A DNA stretch of 64,000 bases, taken from IMG/VR virus record IMGVR_UViG_2918843722_000002, positions 4,720-68,719 of that record; one strand, given 5' to 3'. This document shows, piece by piece, positions 1 through 9,610 of the stretch; the stretch's first letter is position 1, and each line of letters opens with the position of its first letter. A program made the position numbers and the translations under genes. Source of the stretch: a virus. Lineage: Duplodnaviria; Caudoviricetes. Below the pieces are notes generated by a model, which was not told the origin of the DNA, ran no database searches, and saw only the letters and a program-made list of their open reading frames with translations.

Positions 1-206
1 TGTATTTCGTCTTCATCGCATGTCACGTCGCATGGCTTTCCCGAAACAGCGTCCAGTAATAGCCATGCTGAAGCCTTTGGTAGTACGGCCATCGGAGCGG
101 CGGATTGCTCGGCGAGAGATTCCAGAGCAGAAAGGCGCCGGTCCAGATCATCCAGAATGTTTTGCGGGAACATGCGGCCGCCTCGGTAGTTCAATGGATT
201 TGTCAT
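1..206 (-). CDS. Hypothetical early protein, runs off the window start
   Basis: ATG at 206 overlaps the stop of the upstream HNH gene (ATGA); frame stays open to position 1 (MTNPLNYRGGRMFPQNILDD...). Confidence 0.5.
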   Translation of the reverse strand, partial: MTNPLNYRGGRMFPQNILDDLDRRLSALESLAEQSAAPMAVLPKASAWLLLDAVSGKPCDVTCDEDEI

Positions 207-700
207 GACTGATCCTTCAAGGGCGTCGATTTACCGAAGTTCGCAAACTCGCCGTACAGTTCCGTCGCTGCTCGGCAGTAAGCGGCATGTGCTTCCTCTG
301 CTGTATCGAAGTAGCCGAGGTGGATTCGTTTGCCGTGAACGACAATCTTCGATTGGTATCTGCCGCGCAACTTGTTCAGCACAACTCCTTTGAAGCCGCA
401 TTTGTTGCGCGATGAAATACCCATGTTTCGGCAGTTCTCAACGCGCGTACAGATTCGCAAATTCGCTTTACGGTTGTCGAGCGGGTTCCCGTTGATGTGA
501 TCCACTTCTCTCGGGTCGCCCTTCATGAGACCGAGGATGAATCTGTGCATGAGCGCGGTATAACCCCATCCTTCCGGCGTCTTATGAACATGACCATGTG
601 CGCGGCCACCCGGCGTCAGATGCCACTTGATCTTGCTGAGACGTTCATAGTCTTCAGCATCAACGATCGCCACTCCACCGCCGCCTAACTTAATCTCCAT
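203..700 (-). CDS. HNH endonuclease with C-terminal AP2 domain
   Basis: VDHINGNPLDNRKANLR HNH motif, then GFKGV...YQSKI...HLGYF.TAEEAHAAY AP2 pattern. Confidence 0.9.
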   Translation of the reverse strand: MEIKLGGGGVAIVDAEDYERLSKIKWHLTPGGRAHGHVHKTPEGWGYTALMHRFILGLMKGDPREVDHINGNPLDNRKANLRICTRVENCRNMGISSRNKCGFKGVVLNKLRGRYQSKIVVHGKRIHLGYFDTAEEAHAAYCRAATELYGEFANFGKSTPLKDQS

Positions 701-1736
701 CGCGCTCTCCAGCCGCAGCGAGTAGGGCGCGGGCGAATTTCTCCAGTCCGAAAATCTCGCCGTCGTCGCCTGCTACAAGATGCGTTCGCGCCAGTTCATT
801 TATCCGCTCATCCGTCAGCCCTTGCGGTGCTGCCGTGGCAGTGGATGCGGCGCTGGCTTGCATCCACTCGCATGCTGCAAGCCATGCCCTTTTCGTTATG
901 GCGTTATTCCAGATTCCTGCCGTGCTGAACCAGCCTTTGAACGCCGCCACTCTTTCTGCGTGCTCGTCCTGCTCGACCGAGGGCGCGGCAAGGGACGCGG
1001 CACATGGCCCTTCATGCCCCTTGGTGCGGGAGCACGTCCATCCCGCTGGCGGTTTGTCGCATGGCTCGATCGGTGAGAGGATTTCCCCAGCGCAAATCTT
1101 CACCCCGCTGCGGAACAGCGAATTCTTGCTTTGGGCGAGAACCCGGTCACGCGCATGCTCAATCTCCGCTCGCGTAGCGACCGGCTCTTGCGCTCCGCCA
1201 GCAGCTATCGCGGCGTCTTCGAGCGCAGCGCCAAGGCGAACGCACATTTCCTCGTTGAGCATTAAAAATTTGCCCTTGTGATTCACCACTACTTCGGCCT
1301 CGTTGGCGATGCAGCGCCACTGCCAGAGTGGGTCACGCTCCAGATCAGGACGCGGAATCAGTCCGTCATCGCGCGGCGCGGCGTCTGCCTGCTGGGCGGG
1401 AGTGGCTTCAGCGCGCTCCAAGCGCTCGATCAGAGCGAGCACGGTGGCGGGCTTTGCCGCACGGAAGTACGCCTCGGCCAAGGCATGCGCGTTGCCGATG
1501 CCGTAGAACTGAACACCCAGCGCCTCGCCGTCGTAATTGCAGAAGTCGGTGTTTAGTTCGACATACCCTTCGCCGCCGCAGGCGGGGCATAAGATTTGAC
1601 TTCCGTCTTCGTAACGATCGATGCGTTGCGCTCCATCGATGTCCTGCGGCGTCGCGGCCAGTGCGGCAGCTTTCAGTGCTTCGATCTGCTCATCGCTCAG
1701 ACTCGCTGCGCCTGTATTCATAGTGGTGTTTGTCAT
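690..1736 (-). CDS. Ead/Ea22-like early protein with zinc-finger-like motifs
   Basis: LKAAALAATP...AKPATVLALIERLE pattern; CPACGGEG and CSRTKGHEGPC motifs. Confidence 0.55.
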   Translation of the reverse strand: MTNTTMNTGAASLSDEQIEALKAAALAATPQDIDGAQRIDRYEDGSQILCPACGGEGYVELNTDFCNYDGEALGVQFYGIGNAHALAEAYFRAAKPATVLALIERLERAEATPAQQADAAPRDDGLIPRPDLERDPLWQWRCIANEAEVVVNHKGKFLMLNEEMCVRLGAALEDAAIAAGGAQEPVATRAEIEHARDRVLAQSKNSLFRSGVKICAGEILSPIEPCDKPPAGWTCSRTKGHEGPCAASLAAPSVEQDEHAERVAAFKGWFSTAGIWNNAITKRAWLAACEWMQASAASTATAAPQGLTDERINELARTHLVAGDDGEIFGLEKFARALLAAAGERDGD

Positions 1737-1746
1737 GATGGGCGTC

Positions 1747-2034
1747 CTAGATTCGCCGGCCGCGCGTGCCGCGTTCTTCGTTGATCGCCATCTTTCGCAA
1801 AATGGCCGCTTCCAGGTCGATTCCCTGCCACTTCGCCAGATCGAAAGTGCGCAGCAGAATGTCTGCTAATTCTTCGCCGAATGCGTCGGTGGGCTCTTCG
1901 CCGCGGCATTCGTTGACTGCTTCGCCGACTTCGGATGCGATCAGAGCAAGCGCTTCGAGCACGGTCTTGTTGTGCCAGCCCATGCGCTCTACCCAGTCGT
2001 ATTGGCGGTCGCAAAGTTCATTGATGGTGGTCAT
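1747..2034 (-). CDS. mazG: MazG-like nucleotide pyrophosphohydrolase
   Basis: LIASEVGEAVNE...EELADILLR helical EXXE/EXXD metal-binding motif. Confidence 0.85.
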   Translation of the reverse strand: MTTINELCDRQYDWVERMGWHNKTVLEALALIASEVGEAVNECRGEEPTDAFGEELADILLRTFDLAKWQGIDLEAAILRKMAINEERGTRGRRI

Positions 2035-2046
2035 AATTGGTCTCGG

Positions 2047-2310
2047 TTAGGGTTTGACGCTGCCGGTTTTCACCCAGCGCGCAATGCCAAGCTCGCATGC
2101 GGTTGTGAGCGCAACGCCGTTCGCCTTTCCTGCATGCGTCCGGGGATTGCCGCAGCCGCACCAACAGGTTTTGCGGCGTCCAGGGCGCTTCGGTAGAGGC
2201 TCGCTGTATCGAACATGGTCAGCAGACGATCCCCATTCTCCCCATCCTTCTGTACCCCCGCGCATGGCTGCGGATAGTGCTTGGCGGCTGAGTTTGTTCA
2301 GGTCGGTCAT
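2047..2310 (-). CDS. Hypothetical protein with Cys cluster
   Basis: 87 aa ORF in the operon, CWCGC...THAG...C motif. Confidence 0.65.
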   Translation of the reverse strand: MTDLNKLSRQALSAAMRGGTEGWGEWGSSADHVRYSEPLPKRPGRRKTCWCGCGNPRTHAGKANGVALTTACELGIARWVKTGSVKP

Positions 2311-2333
2311 GTCTATGCCGGTAACGTAGTGGG

Positions 2334-2975
2334 TCAGGCGGACTTCCTGAATCGGTAGATAGTCTTCGGATGAACGTCGTAGATCTCCGCCAGAGTTCTG
2401 TTGGATAGGTTGCTTGCCCTTACCTCATCAATCTGCTCAGTGGTGAGTGATGTTTTTGGCTTCCTGTTTCTGCAGACGATCTCAGTCACACCGCACACCG
2501 GATTCAAAACGGCAAACTCGCCAAATTGGGCAATGGCAGCCTTGTTGTACGCATGAGCCGCAGCCATCGGATCGGAGAACATGCCGATAGTTACGTCACG
2601 CCCATCAATCTTCATAGCAGCCGCCCAGCGATTATTTCTTTTCACAAAATACACGCCTTTCAATCCAGTTGTGCTTTGCCTATTCAGACGTTGGTTCCAC
2701 TGATTCTGCTGGCTATTGCATAAACGGAGATTCTCAAGTTTATTATTCAGCCTGTCGCCATCGATATGATCGACTTGCCGCCTATCTCCGAATTCAAGCC
2801 CCATAATTCGTCGATGAATTAACAAGAGGGTCCTTTTACCAGGCTTCAGGGGATGATCTACATTTGATGCCACGTAACCGGCGCTTGTCACGTGCCACAC
2901 ATAAGCACAAAGATCATCAACTTTGCTATCGTCTAGTTGGATCGCGTGGCCTTTCGCGGTATATATCGTTGTCAT
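2334..2975 (-). CDS. HNH-AP2 endonuclease with C-terminal HTH
   Basis: VDHIDGDRLNNKLENLR; GLKGVYF...WAAAM AP2; terminal SNRTLAEIYDVHPKTIYR HTH. Confidence 0.9.
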   Translation of the reverse strand: MTTIYTAKGHAIQLDDSKVDDLCAYVWHVTSAGYVASNVDHPLKPGKRTLLLIHRRIMGLEFGDRRQVDHIDGDRLNNKLENLRLCNSQQNQWNQRLNRQSTTGLKGVYFVKRNNRWAAAMKIDGRDVTIGMFSDPMAAAHAYNKAAIAQFGEFAVLNPVCGVTEIVCRNRKPKTSLTTEQIDEVRASNLSNRTLAEIYDVHPKTIYRFRKSA

Positions 2976-3125
2976 TTGGCACCTTCAAAAAGAGCGGCCG
3001 AGTTGCACCGCTAAGCACGCCCCACGGGGCGGGGACCGTTAGGCTCGTGGTTCTGGAGTTGGGTGCCGCTGCGTGGCTTACCGGGAATGCGCCGTAGCCA
3101 ATCCGTGCGCGCTGCGGCGGTAGAG

Positions 3126-3782
3126 TTAGGCGGCTTGCTGGCGAAGCATTTGTTCGTAAGCCGTTACGCGCTTTTCGAACTGCAACAGCTTGGCGACCAT
3201 GTCGTCGATGAACTCTTCGTTGCGCTCGATCCGCTTGATGTACAAGTCGCGCCCGACAGATTCGAGCGCCGGCACGTACTGGATAAAGTCGCAGTAAGCG
3301 CGGCCCGTCAGGAAGAGTCCAAACTGGATCTGATGGTCATATTCCGACGTGTCGCCGGTCATCAGCATATGCATGATCTTGACGGTATCGACAGGGCATT
3401 TTATTTCGATGATGCCGTGATCGTCGTTTAGAAATCCGTCGCTTGAATATCCGAATTTTCGGTCGTCGGACAGGACGATGCCAGACTCCATCGCGAGGTT
3501 GCCGGTCCGCTCCTCGTACAGCATCCGCGCGACAGGCTCCAGAGCATGCCCGCGCTCAAGCGTGTACGCCTTGATCGGCGCAGCGTACGGGACGCCGCTA
3601 ATGCGCTCGAATGCGACCTCGTAAGCGTACTTGTCGGATGCGTCGGTCGGATCACCTGGATTCCTCGATCCAGACTTGCGCTGGAGAACGGAAATCGCAT
3701 CCGAGACGCGCGACGCGGTAATCGCGCCACTTCGGGCTTGTAGCCATTCTTGACTGCCCTGCACTGCTTCGATGAGCAACAT
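3126..3782 (-). CDS. YqaJ/lambda-Exo-type recombination exonuclease
   Basis: QGSQEWLQARSGAITAS, RGHALEP, SSDG...EIKCP, QIQFGL motifs; next to RecT. Confidence 0.92.
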   Translation of the reverse strand: MLLIEAVQGSQEWLQARSGAITASRVSDAISVLQRKSGSRNPGDPTDASDKYAYEVAFERISGVPYAAPIKAYTLERGHALEPVARMLYEERTGNLAMESGIVLSDDRKFGYSSDGFLNDDHGIIEIKCPVDTVKIMHMLMTGDTSEYDHQIQFGLFLTGRAYCDFIQYVPALESVGRDLYIKRIERNEEFIDDMVAKLLQFEKRVTAYEQMLRQQAA

Positions 3783-3783
3783 T

Positions 3784-4422
3784 TCAATCTCCTGTTGCGT
3801 AAAGTGTTCCGTTGACTTTCTTCGGCTCCGAGATGGCGCGCTCGAATGTCCACCCTAAAGTCTTGATGCGGTCGCGGATTCGGTTGTAGTTCAGGCCTAG
3901 CTGCTTACATGCGACCGAAAGAGACATCTCTTTTCCACCCAGAACGACGCGAACAGTTCTTCGCTTGTTGTTGGCCTGATCGCTCAGTGGCATCCACTCG
4001 CAGTTGCCAGGCTCGTAGTCGCCGTCTACGTCACGGCGCTCGATACTCATGCCTTGGGGGCGCGCGCCCATATCTGCATAGAAATTCGCAAATTCGAGCC
4101 ACCGCTCACAAACCTTGATGCCACGACCGCCGTAATGCTTGTATGCGTCCGACCGTGGGTTTGTGCAGCGCTTTATCATGTCGCTCCAACTGAGCCACGC
4201 TCCCGTGCCATGCATTCCATGCTTGACGCCCGAAGTCGCCAATACTTTCCGCCTAAAACACCCGCATGAACGAGTTTGACCTTTGGTGAGCGCGGCAGAC
4301 GTCACAACCTTTTCGCTCCCGCAATCACAAATGCATTTCCACTTGATCGGGGCACGAGCAACCTGCTCCACAACAAGCAAATTCCCGAATCTGTGCCCGG
4401 CCAAGTCAATTCTGGCCGTCAT
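3784..4422 (-). CDS. HNH-type homing endonuclease-like protein
   Basis: DLAGHRFGNLLV...WKCICDCG...SCGC, WSDMIKRC..YGGRGIKVCERW, SIERRDVDGDYEPGNCEW. Confidence 0.85.
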   Translation of the reverse strand: MTARIDLAGHRFGNLLVVEQVARAPIKWKCICDCGSEKVVTSAALTKGQTRSCGCFRRKVLATSGVKHGMHGTGAWLSWSDMIKRCTNPRSDAYKHYGGRGIKVCERWLEFANFYADMGARPQGMSIERRDVDGDYEPGNCEWMPLSDQANNKRRTVRVVLGGKEMSLSVACKQLGLNYNRIRDRIKTLGWTFERAISEPKKVNGTLYATGD

Positions 4423-5432
4423 TGCGTCGCTCCTTCCTTCGCCATCTGGCGCTGAAAGTCTGCTTGCAGGTCCGCGTCATCAGAGCCAGGCTCGCGGCTC
4501 ACTTCCTTGGCCTGCACGTCGATCGTGTTGGCGTCCGCAGGCTTCTGCTTAAGCTCTGTGCCGCGCGCCGACACTGTTTCCTTGAACGTGTTGTAGGCGC
4601 GCATGTCCTTGGTCGGCTTGATGACTGCAAGACCATCCGTCCAGACCTTGCTGAGTGCGTCAGCGTTGGGCGCTGTCTTAGCCTTATCGCACCAGGCGGT
4701 GAGAAGGTCAGCAGGACATTCGTTGCGCTGCTGGATCGGCTCCACGCCCTCCCCGCCTTCGGTGTCCAGAAAGTGGATCGCCTTGTTTAGCCGGTCTGTC
4801 TTCGGCCAGTATTTGTACGCCTGCTTCACGCACGTTTTCTTGATCATTTCTCCGGGGTCGGTTTCCCATGGACCGCGCTTACCCGGCGCGTTGCGCTTCC
4901 ACGATTCCGACCTGTCGCGAATCGCGTAGGCTGCGTCGATGTCCATCGTGTGCGTCAGGTACTCGCCATCAGCCGTTTTAACGACCACATAGACGCCAAC
5001 GATCTCGCCGCGGTCCTTCGAGAACGGGTTGAACTGGTGCAGAGGCATCTTGTCCATGCCGTTCAGCGCAAACGTGTCATTCGCGTGGACGATTTGCGCC
5101 TGCGCCCATTTGATCCCGCCGTCCTGAATGGCGAGGTCGATCAGACCCATGTAGCTGATGTCTAGACAGATCTTCCCCTTGCGCGGGACAAGATAGGCCT
5201 GCTTCTTGGCGGGATTCAAGCTGATGCCGATCGCGGCCACATTGGTCACTGCGTCGATGACAGACTGCTTGTTGTTCATCGCCTGCGTGAGCGCGTAGTC
5301 GTTTCCAGAAATCATCTGGATCGCAAACCCGGCCTCGCGCTCGAAGTTGATCGAGCGGTCTACAGACACTGCTTCGAAACCGGCTCGAACGCCGTAGATT
5401 TCGTTTGTGATGACCTGAAGCGCGTTGCTCAT
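4419..5432 (-). CDS. recT: RecT-family single-strand annealing protein
   Basis: [37 protein letters not shown] motifs; start placed at the ATGA overlap (5432). Confidence 0.9.
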   Translation of the reverse strand: MSNALQVITNEIYGVRAGFEAVSVDRSINFEREAGFAIQMISGNDYALTQAMNNKQSVIDAVTNVAAIGISLNPAKKQAYLVPRKGKICLDISYMGLIDLAIQDGGIKWAQAQIVHANDTFALNGMDKMPLHQFNPFSKDRGEIVGVYVVVKTADGEYLTHTMDIDAAYAIRDRSESWKRNAPGKRGPWETDPGEMIKKTCVKQAYKYWPKTDRLNKAIHFLDTEGGEGVEPIQQRNECPADLLTAWCDKAKTAPNADALSKVWTDGLAVIKPTKDMRAYNTFKETVSARGTELKQKPADANTIDVQAKEVSREPGSDDADLQADFQRQMAKEGATQ

Positions 5433-6604
5433 GCGGCCTTCTCCATCTGTGCCCACATGTGACGGCCAAGCCACGCGCGCGTCACGTCAGGACTTACTTC
5501 GTAGTGGTCGGCCAGTACCGCAACCATCTCGTCAGCATCTGGCCCGTTCTTTTCAAACTCAACGCGTTGGCGCCGTTGACGTTCTGCCTCGGCGGCTTCG
5601 GAGGCAATACGTTGCGCTTCCTGTTCCGCAAAGATCCGGTCAGCTTCCTCTTGGGCAATTCGCGCAGACTCCGCCTCGGCCGCCTCACGTTTAGCGCGCT
5701 CCTCGGCCTCAATCGCCGCCTGACGCTCGCGTTCGATCCGCTCCTGCTCTGCCCTTGCCGCGGCAATCTCCGCCTGCTGACGATCGATCTCGGCCTGTTG
5801 CGCCGCCATGCGTGCTTCGTGCTCAGCTTGCTGCTGGCGCATCGCTTCAGCAGCGCGCTCCTGTGCTGCCCGCTGCTCGGCCTCGACGCGTTCGCGTTCG
5901 GCCCTGTCCTTTGCTTCCTGCTCTGCTCGAGCGGCTGCCGCCTTACGCTCCTGCTCGGCGAGTTCGGCACGTTGCCGCTCAAGCGCCTCGCGCTCTGCTG
6001 CGAGTCGTGCCTGTTCCGCCTCGTGGGCTTGCTGTGCAGCTAGGGCGTCCTGCAACTTCGCCAGCGCCGCCACCTTTGCCATCTCAGCTTCGCCAGCCAG
6101 TTCCATGAACTCTTCGAGCGTGATCTGGTGGGCAGTCATTGTGTCGATGGCGGCTTGGATCTCTGCCGCAGAGCGTCCGACGCATTCAGCCGGGCAAGTT
6201 TTGATCTCGTCGATGAGATTGCGAATTCCGTCGACTCGCGCTTTCTCCGCCGCAGCCTTGGCCTGTTTCTCACGCTCGCGCTCGGCGTCGAACTCATCCC
6301 GCAGAACCTGCAGACGCGCTTCCTCGTCTGTCGTGATGGACGTCAGGCGCTTGACTTCTTCGATCACGGCTTTCTGGAACGCGTTTGCGTCCTCGCGAGC
6401 ATCCTTGCCGGCCTTCTCGATGGCGACGCGGGCATTCTTCAGTTCCATGTAGCCGGCGTGGACCTGATCACGTCCAGCGACGTTGGCGATCCTGGTGATG
6501 TCGCTGTACTTCTTCGCCAGCGTCATCAGGTGCTTTTCGTGCTCCGCGGCGCCGACTGCGATTGCGGCGCGCTCAGGCACGGTCAGTTGTTTGGACTCGC
6601 TCAT
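5429..6604 (-). CDS. Long coiled-coil early protein
   Basis: 391 aa, A/E/R/Q-rich heptad pattern, coupled to recT. Confidence 0.8.
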   Translation of the reverse strand: MSESKQLTVPERAAIAVGAAEHEKHLMTLAKKYSDITRIANVAGRDQVHAGYMELKNARVAIEKAGKDAREDANAFQKAVIEEVKRLTSITTDEEARLQVLRDEFDAEREREKQAKAAAEKARVDGIRNLIDEIKTCPAECVGRSAAEIQAAIDTMTAHQITLEEFMELAGEAEMAKVAALAKLQDALAAQQAHEAEQARLAAEREALERQRAELAEQERKAAAARAEQEAKDRAERERVEAEQRAAQERAAEAMRQQQAEHEARMAAQQAEIDRQQAEIAAARAEQERIERERQAAIEAEERAKREAAEAESARIAQEEADRIFAEQEAQRIASEAAEAERQRRQRVEFEKNGPDADEMVAVLADHYEVSPDVTRAWLGRHMWAQMEKAA

Positions 6605-6966
6605 GCGAACTCCTCTTCTTTGGGTGCGCCCTTGTATTGGGGCTTAGGGGGGTAAGCTGGCGGCTCAATCACATTCGCGAGCAGCAACTTCCAGTTAGCG
6701 GCAGTATTTAGAAACGCCGGGCCATCCGGCCCATCGAACTGATCGCGGGGAGTCGTCGTGACCGTCCGTGAATCAATGACTTCGCACGGGACGGCGATGC
6801 TGCACCCTGAGTTGTAGTACCCGAGATGCGCGCGAACGGTCTCTTCCGGATACCTCCCCGCATTTGGCGTCCTGAAGCAATAGCCCCTGTCGTTCGGTTT
6901 CCAGAGGGTGACGTACCGGTCAGTGCGCCGCGTGTGTTTCAGGCTGATCACGTAGTAGTCGCTCAT
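6601..6966 (-). CDS. Hypothetical protein
   Basis: MSDYYVISLKHT...YVTLWKPNDRGY; ATGA-coupled at both ends. Confidence 0.7.
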   Translation of the reverse strand: MSDYYVISLKHTRRTDRYVTLWKPNDRGYCFRTPNAGRYPEETVRAHLGYYNSGCSIAVPCEVIDSRTVTTTPRDQFDGPDGPAFLNTAANWKLLLANVIEPPAYPPKPQYKGAPKEEEFA

Positions 6967-7163
6967 GCCGCCTCCGCGAGTTTGCTGACGGGCCATTGCC
7001 TAACGGTCTGAACGGCGCCCGCCCACCGCGCGTCCTCATAACCACGTTCGAATGCCCGGATGGCCCACATCGGCACGTTGGAATCGATTCGGCAGCCATG
7101 GTGATTGACGAACATGCGCCACCCTAGTGAGTAGAACCAGCGCTTGCCAGCGAGCGGTTTCAT
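6963..7163 (-). CDS. Hypothetical protein
   Basis: Coupled small ORF ending in the typical ...EAA. Confidence 0.6.
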   Translation of the reverse strand: MKPLAGKRWFYSLGWRMFVNHHGCRIDSNVPMWAIRAFERGYEDARWAGAVQTVRQWPVSKLAEAA

Positions 7164-7477
7164 GCCAACTCCTTCAATTCGATCTCGAAGTCGTCAAACT
7201 CAAAGTCATCGAAGCTGATGATCGTGATTCCGGCGCTCCCGTCCATCTTTGGATAACCCTCCTCGGTCCCTTCACGCAGGCCTTTCAGGGCACTCCATGT
7301 CGCAATGCTGTCGTGCAGCGCCACCCGGTAAACCATCTTCAGCCACCCTTTGAGCGTGGGCTGATTCGACCAGAAGTCGCTGCATTCCTTGAAATGCGCC
7401 TCGGTGAAAACGGCGTGATCGATCTCGACGACCATGCGCGCATCGCCCGAGTACTCCAACTGGTAGCGCTTCTTCAT
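7160..7477 (-). CDS. Hypothetical protein, DUF2528-like
   Basis: VEIDH...FWS...EG.PKMDGS.GI.I pattern recalled for DUF2528. Confidence 0.55.
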   Translation of the reverse strand: MKKRYQLEYSGDARMVVEIDHAVFTEAHFKECSDFWSNQPTLKGWLKMVYRVALHDSIATWSALKGLREGTEEGYPKMDGSAGITIISFDDFEFDDFEIELKELA

Positions 7478-7665
7478 GCCGCCACCTTCGGACTCAGTTC
7501 CGGCCGATAGTGACCGTCGTAATCCTTCGCCAGCAGCCAGCGGCTACCGAGCGCGCGGATCGCCTGCAGGCGCTTCGATTCGTTGATCGCGGCGAGGCGT
7601 TCGTCAGGCGCAAGCGCGGTATGGATGTGGCGAAGGTCCGTCATCTTCTGTGGTGTGCGGAACAT
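7474..7665 (-). CDS. Hypothetical protein
   Basis: Coupled small ORF in the early operon. Confidence 0.6.
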   Translation of the reverse strand: MFRTPQKMTDLRHIHTALAPDERLAAINESKRLQAIRALGSRWLLAKDYDGHYRPELSPKVAA

Positions 7666-7667
7666 GT

Positions 7668-7889
7668 TCAGGCTCCAAGAATTTTCGTAACAACCAGCGC
7701 GCCGAAAGTCACTACAAGGCCGATTGAGGCACCAATAAGAATCGCCGTGTGTACGCCGACTACGCCGTCCATGCGTTGGTCAGCGGCGAGGCGGGCCCGG
7801 TCGTCGGCGTACGCCGCATGACCCTTGTCGCTGATATGGACGACAACACCTTCGCTGTCGTCTACGATTTCCCATGTGGTCATTTCCAC
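7668..7889 (-). CDS. Small membrane protein
   Basis: C-terminal hydrophobic helix VGVHTAILIGASIGLVVTFGALVV. Confidence 0.6.
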   Translation of the reverse strand: MEMTTWEIVDDSEGVVVHISDKGHAAYADDRARLAADQRMDGVVGVHTAILIGASIGLVVTFGALVVTKILGA

Positions 7890-8065
7890 TCTCCCACTCC
7901 CATCAACCTTGCCTCGGCATCAATGCGGTCCCAATATTGGCGATCCCATTCGGCGGCCCGTTCGGCTTCAGTCTGCGGCTGCTCGTCCTCGAACGATTGA
8001 TCTTGTCTTTGGCGGTCAAGGCGCTCGAACTCTGCCCAAGCGCGGGCGTTTGCGTGCTGTCCCAT
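7880..8065 (-). CDS. Hypothetical protein
   Basis: AGGAG RBS before ATG at 8065. Confidence 0.6.
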   Translation of the reverse strand: MGQHANARAWAEFERLDRQRQDQSFEDEQPQTEAERAAEWDRQYWDRIDAEARLMGVGEWK

Positions 8066-8213
8066 ATGGACTCCTACGTATATAAGAGGGTTACTTCGCT
8101 ACGTCAGACCGACACCCAAGTTGTTCCGCCTACGGCTAGCGGCGTAATAACGGCTTGGGATTGGGCTGCATCCGCTTTCACCCTGGCGAATCAAACGATT
8201 CACGCTGGATTCG

Positions 8214-8621
8214 TCAGGGCGCCGTCTCTCTGACTGAGTTGTTCGGGGGCATTGCACGTTGCCGACGCTTGCTATCGCGAACGCAAGTCCTGCAGTATCT
8301 GCCTCCACCGTTTCTTGTCCTGACGCCATCCAATGGATGGCCTTTGCTGCATGTCATGGCTTGGATGCGAGATTGATAGACCGGGCTCCGAAGCATGTTC
8401 TCCATATGTGTAACTGGTTCCATATGCTCCGGATTGACGCACGCCCTGTTTCTGCAAAGGTGATCTAGTTCCAGCCCCGCTGGAATCTCACCTTTGATGA
8501 GAATGAAAACGTATCGATGAGCGGCTTGACAGCTTCTACCGACGCGTTGCACGCCATATCCATTCTTTGCGATGCGACCATTCCAGTTCCAGCACTGCGT
8601 TTCCTGATCAACCGTGTACAT
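8214..8621 (-). CDS. HNH endonuclease
   Basis: CWNWNG...GYG...AHR...LDHLCRNRACVNPEH; C-terminal CSKGH..C..C; GAGG RBS before 8621. Confidence 0.9.
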   Translation of the reverse strand: MYTVDQETQCWNWNGRIAKNGYGVQRVGRSCQAAHRYVFILIKGEIPAGLELDHLCRNRACVNPEHMEPVTHMENMLRSPVYQSRIQAMTCSKGHPLDGVRTRNGGGRYCRTCVRDSKRRQRAMPPNNSVRETAP

Positions 8622-8774
8622 AGCATCCTCGTCAATAAGCTGGGTTCCTCTCCACCCATAAAGTCGCACCACTCCTTGCGCCCACTACAGGCCCGGCAGG
8701 TGTCGCGTTGAGTTCTTGCCCGCTTCTCACGGGCTGCGGCTTATAGAAGCTAAGAGCGGCCGTCGCTTGGGTAT

Positions 8775-8906
8775 TCAATCCAGCGGCCCAAGCAGCCTCT
8801 GCATGAACCGAGAAAACGCCGCCTCATCCCTCTCCCGCTGCTGCCGCATCTGCTCATCGACCCATGCGCGGGTGAATTCAACCCAGTCGTCGAGGGCGGT
8901 TTTCAT
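8775..8906 (-). CDS. Small hypothetical protein (43 aa)
   Basis: ATGA overlap with the ACP stop; [15 protein letters not shown]... Confidence 0.45.
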   Translation of the reverse strand: MKTALDDWVEFTRAWVDEQMRQQRERDEAAFSRFMQRLLGPLD

Positions 8907-9148
8907 GACGCCACCTTAGCCGTCACGCATTCAATGATCTGCTGGACCGTAGCGATCTTCTCGCCTTCGTCGTTACTGATCTTGATGCCGAATTCATCTT
9001 CAATTGCCATCACCAGTTCAACCGCATCCAGAGAATCGGCGCCGAGGTCGCTATAGATGTTCGATTCCATCCGGATGTCTTCTACTGACAGGCACATTTG
9101 CTGTGCCACCTCTTTCTTGACTCTTTCTTCGATGTTCGCCTGGGTCAT
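8903..9148 (-). CDS. acpP: Acyl carrier protein
   Basis: [24 protein letters not shown]...IATVQQII: intact phosphopantetheine-attachment DSL motif, acidic 81 aa. Confidence 0.95.
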   Translation of the reverse strand: MTQANIEERVKKEVAQQMCLSVEDIRMESNIYSDLGADSLDAVELVMAIEDEFGIKISNDEGEKIATVQQIIECVTAKVAS

Positions 9149-9273
9149 TGCTCACACTCCCTGTGTTGAATTTCGGTGCTTTCCGGACCGGTCGCGCCGC
9201 GGATGAACGCCACGGCGCACAGTGCTGTGATCAGCCAGACGAACAAGCCTGCGGCGATTTGCGTGGTTGTCAT
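9145..9273 (-). CDS. Small membrane peptide (42 aa)
   Basis: GAGG RBS, one hydrophobic helix, stop overlaps the ACP start. Confidence 0.5.
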   Translation of the reverse strand: MTTTQIAAGLFVWLITALCAVAFIRGATGPESTEIQHRECEQ

Positions 9274-9280
9274 GTGTCCC

Positions 9281-9487
9281 TCAGCAATAGGTCACGTTGA
9301 ATTCCGCCGCTGCCTCGCGTTTCGCTGACTCGAAGCAAGACAGACACGATTTCAGACTGATCTCGAACGTCGGCCAGTAGCTCTTGTGCTCGCGCTTTTC
9401 AACGCCCTCTTTCAGCGTGTTGCACCGCTCACAAAGCTCGAGCGTCCGCACGGTCATCGGCCGCGAGCGCCATGCGTCAATGTTCAC
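9281..9487 (-). CDS. Hypothetical zinc-ribbon protein
   Basis: CERC...CLSC motifs. Confidence 0.6.
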   Translation of the reverse strand: MNIDAWRSRPMTVRTLELCERCNTLKEGVEKREHKSYWPTFEISLKSCLSCFESAKREAAAEFNVTYC

Positions 9488-9610
9488 GATTCACTCCTTC
9501 TGCGATCAGGTCAGCCGCGATACACAGCAGCAGATGCGCTATCAGCGAGCCGCCAGCTACTTTGGATAGGCGCTGCAGCTCGAACAGGGAGACGGCTTCG
9601 GCGCTCATGG

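Noticed and set aside
5429-6604. TolA or tape-measure call for the long A/E/R-rich ORF
   Set aside because: Low-complexity coiled coil only; no TM anchor, and it lies in the early operon
8170-8222. Hammerhead ribozyme (CTGACGA...GAAA on the minus strand)
   Set aside because: The core nucleotides are sequestered in a CCCTG/CAGGG hairpin, and stems I and III with a cleavage triplet could not be built
2991-8762. Shared AAGAGCGGCCG upstream of two HNH genes
   Set aside because: An unconstrained 11-nt match is expected many times by chance in 64 kb, and the flanks do not align
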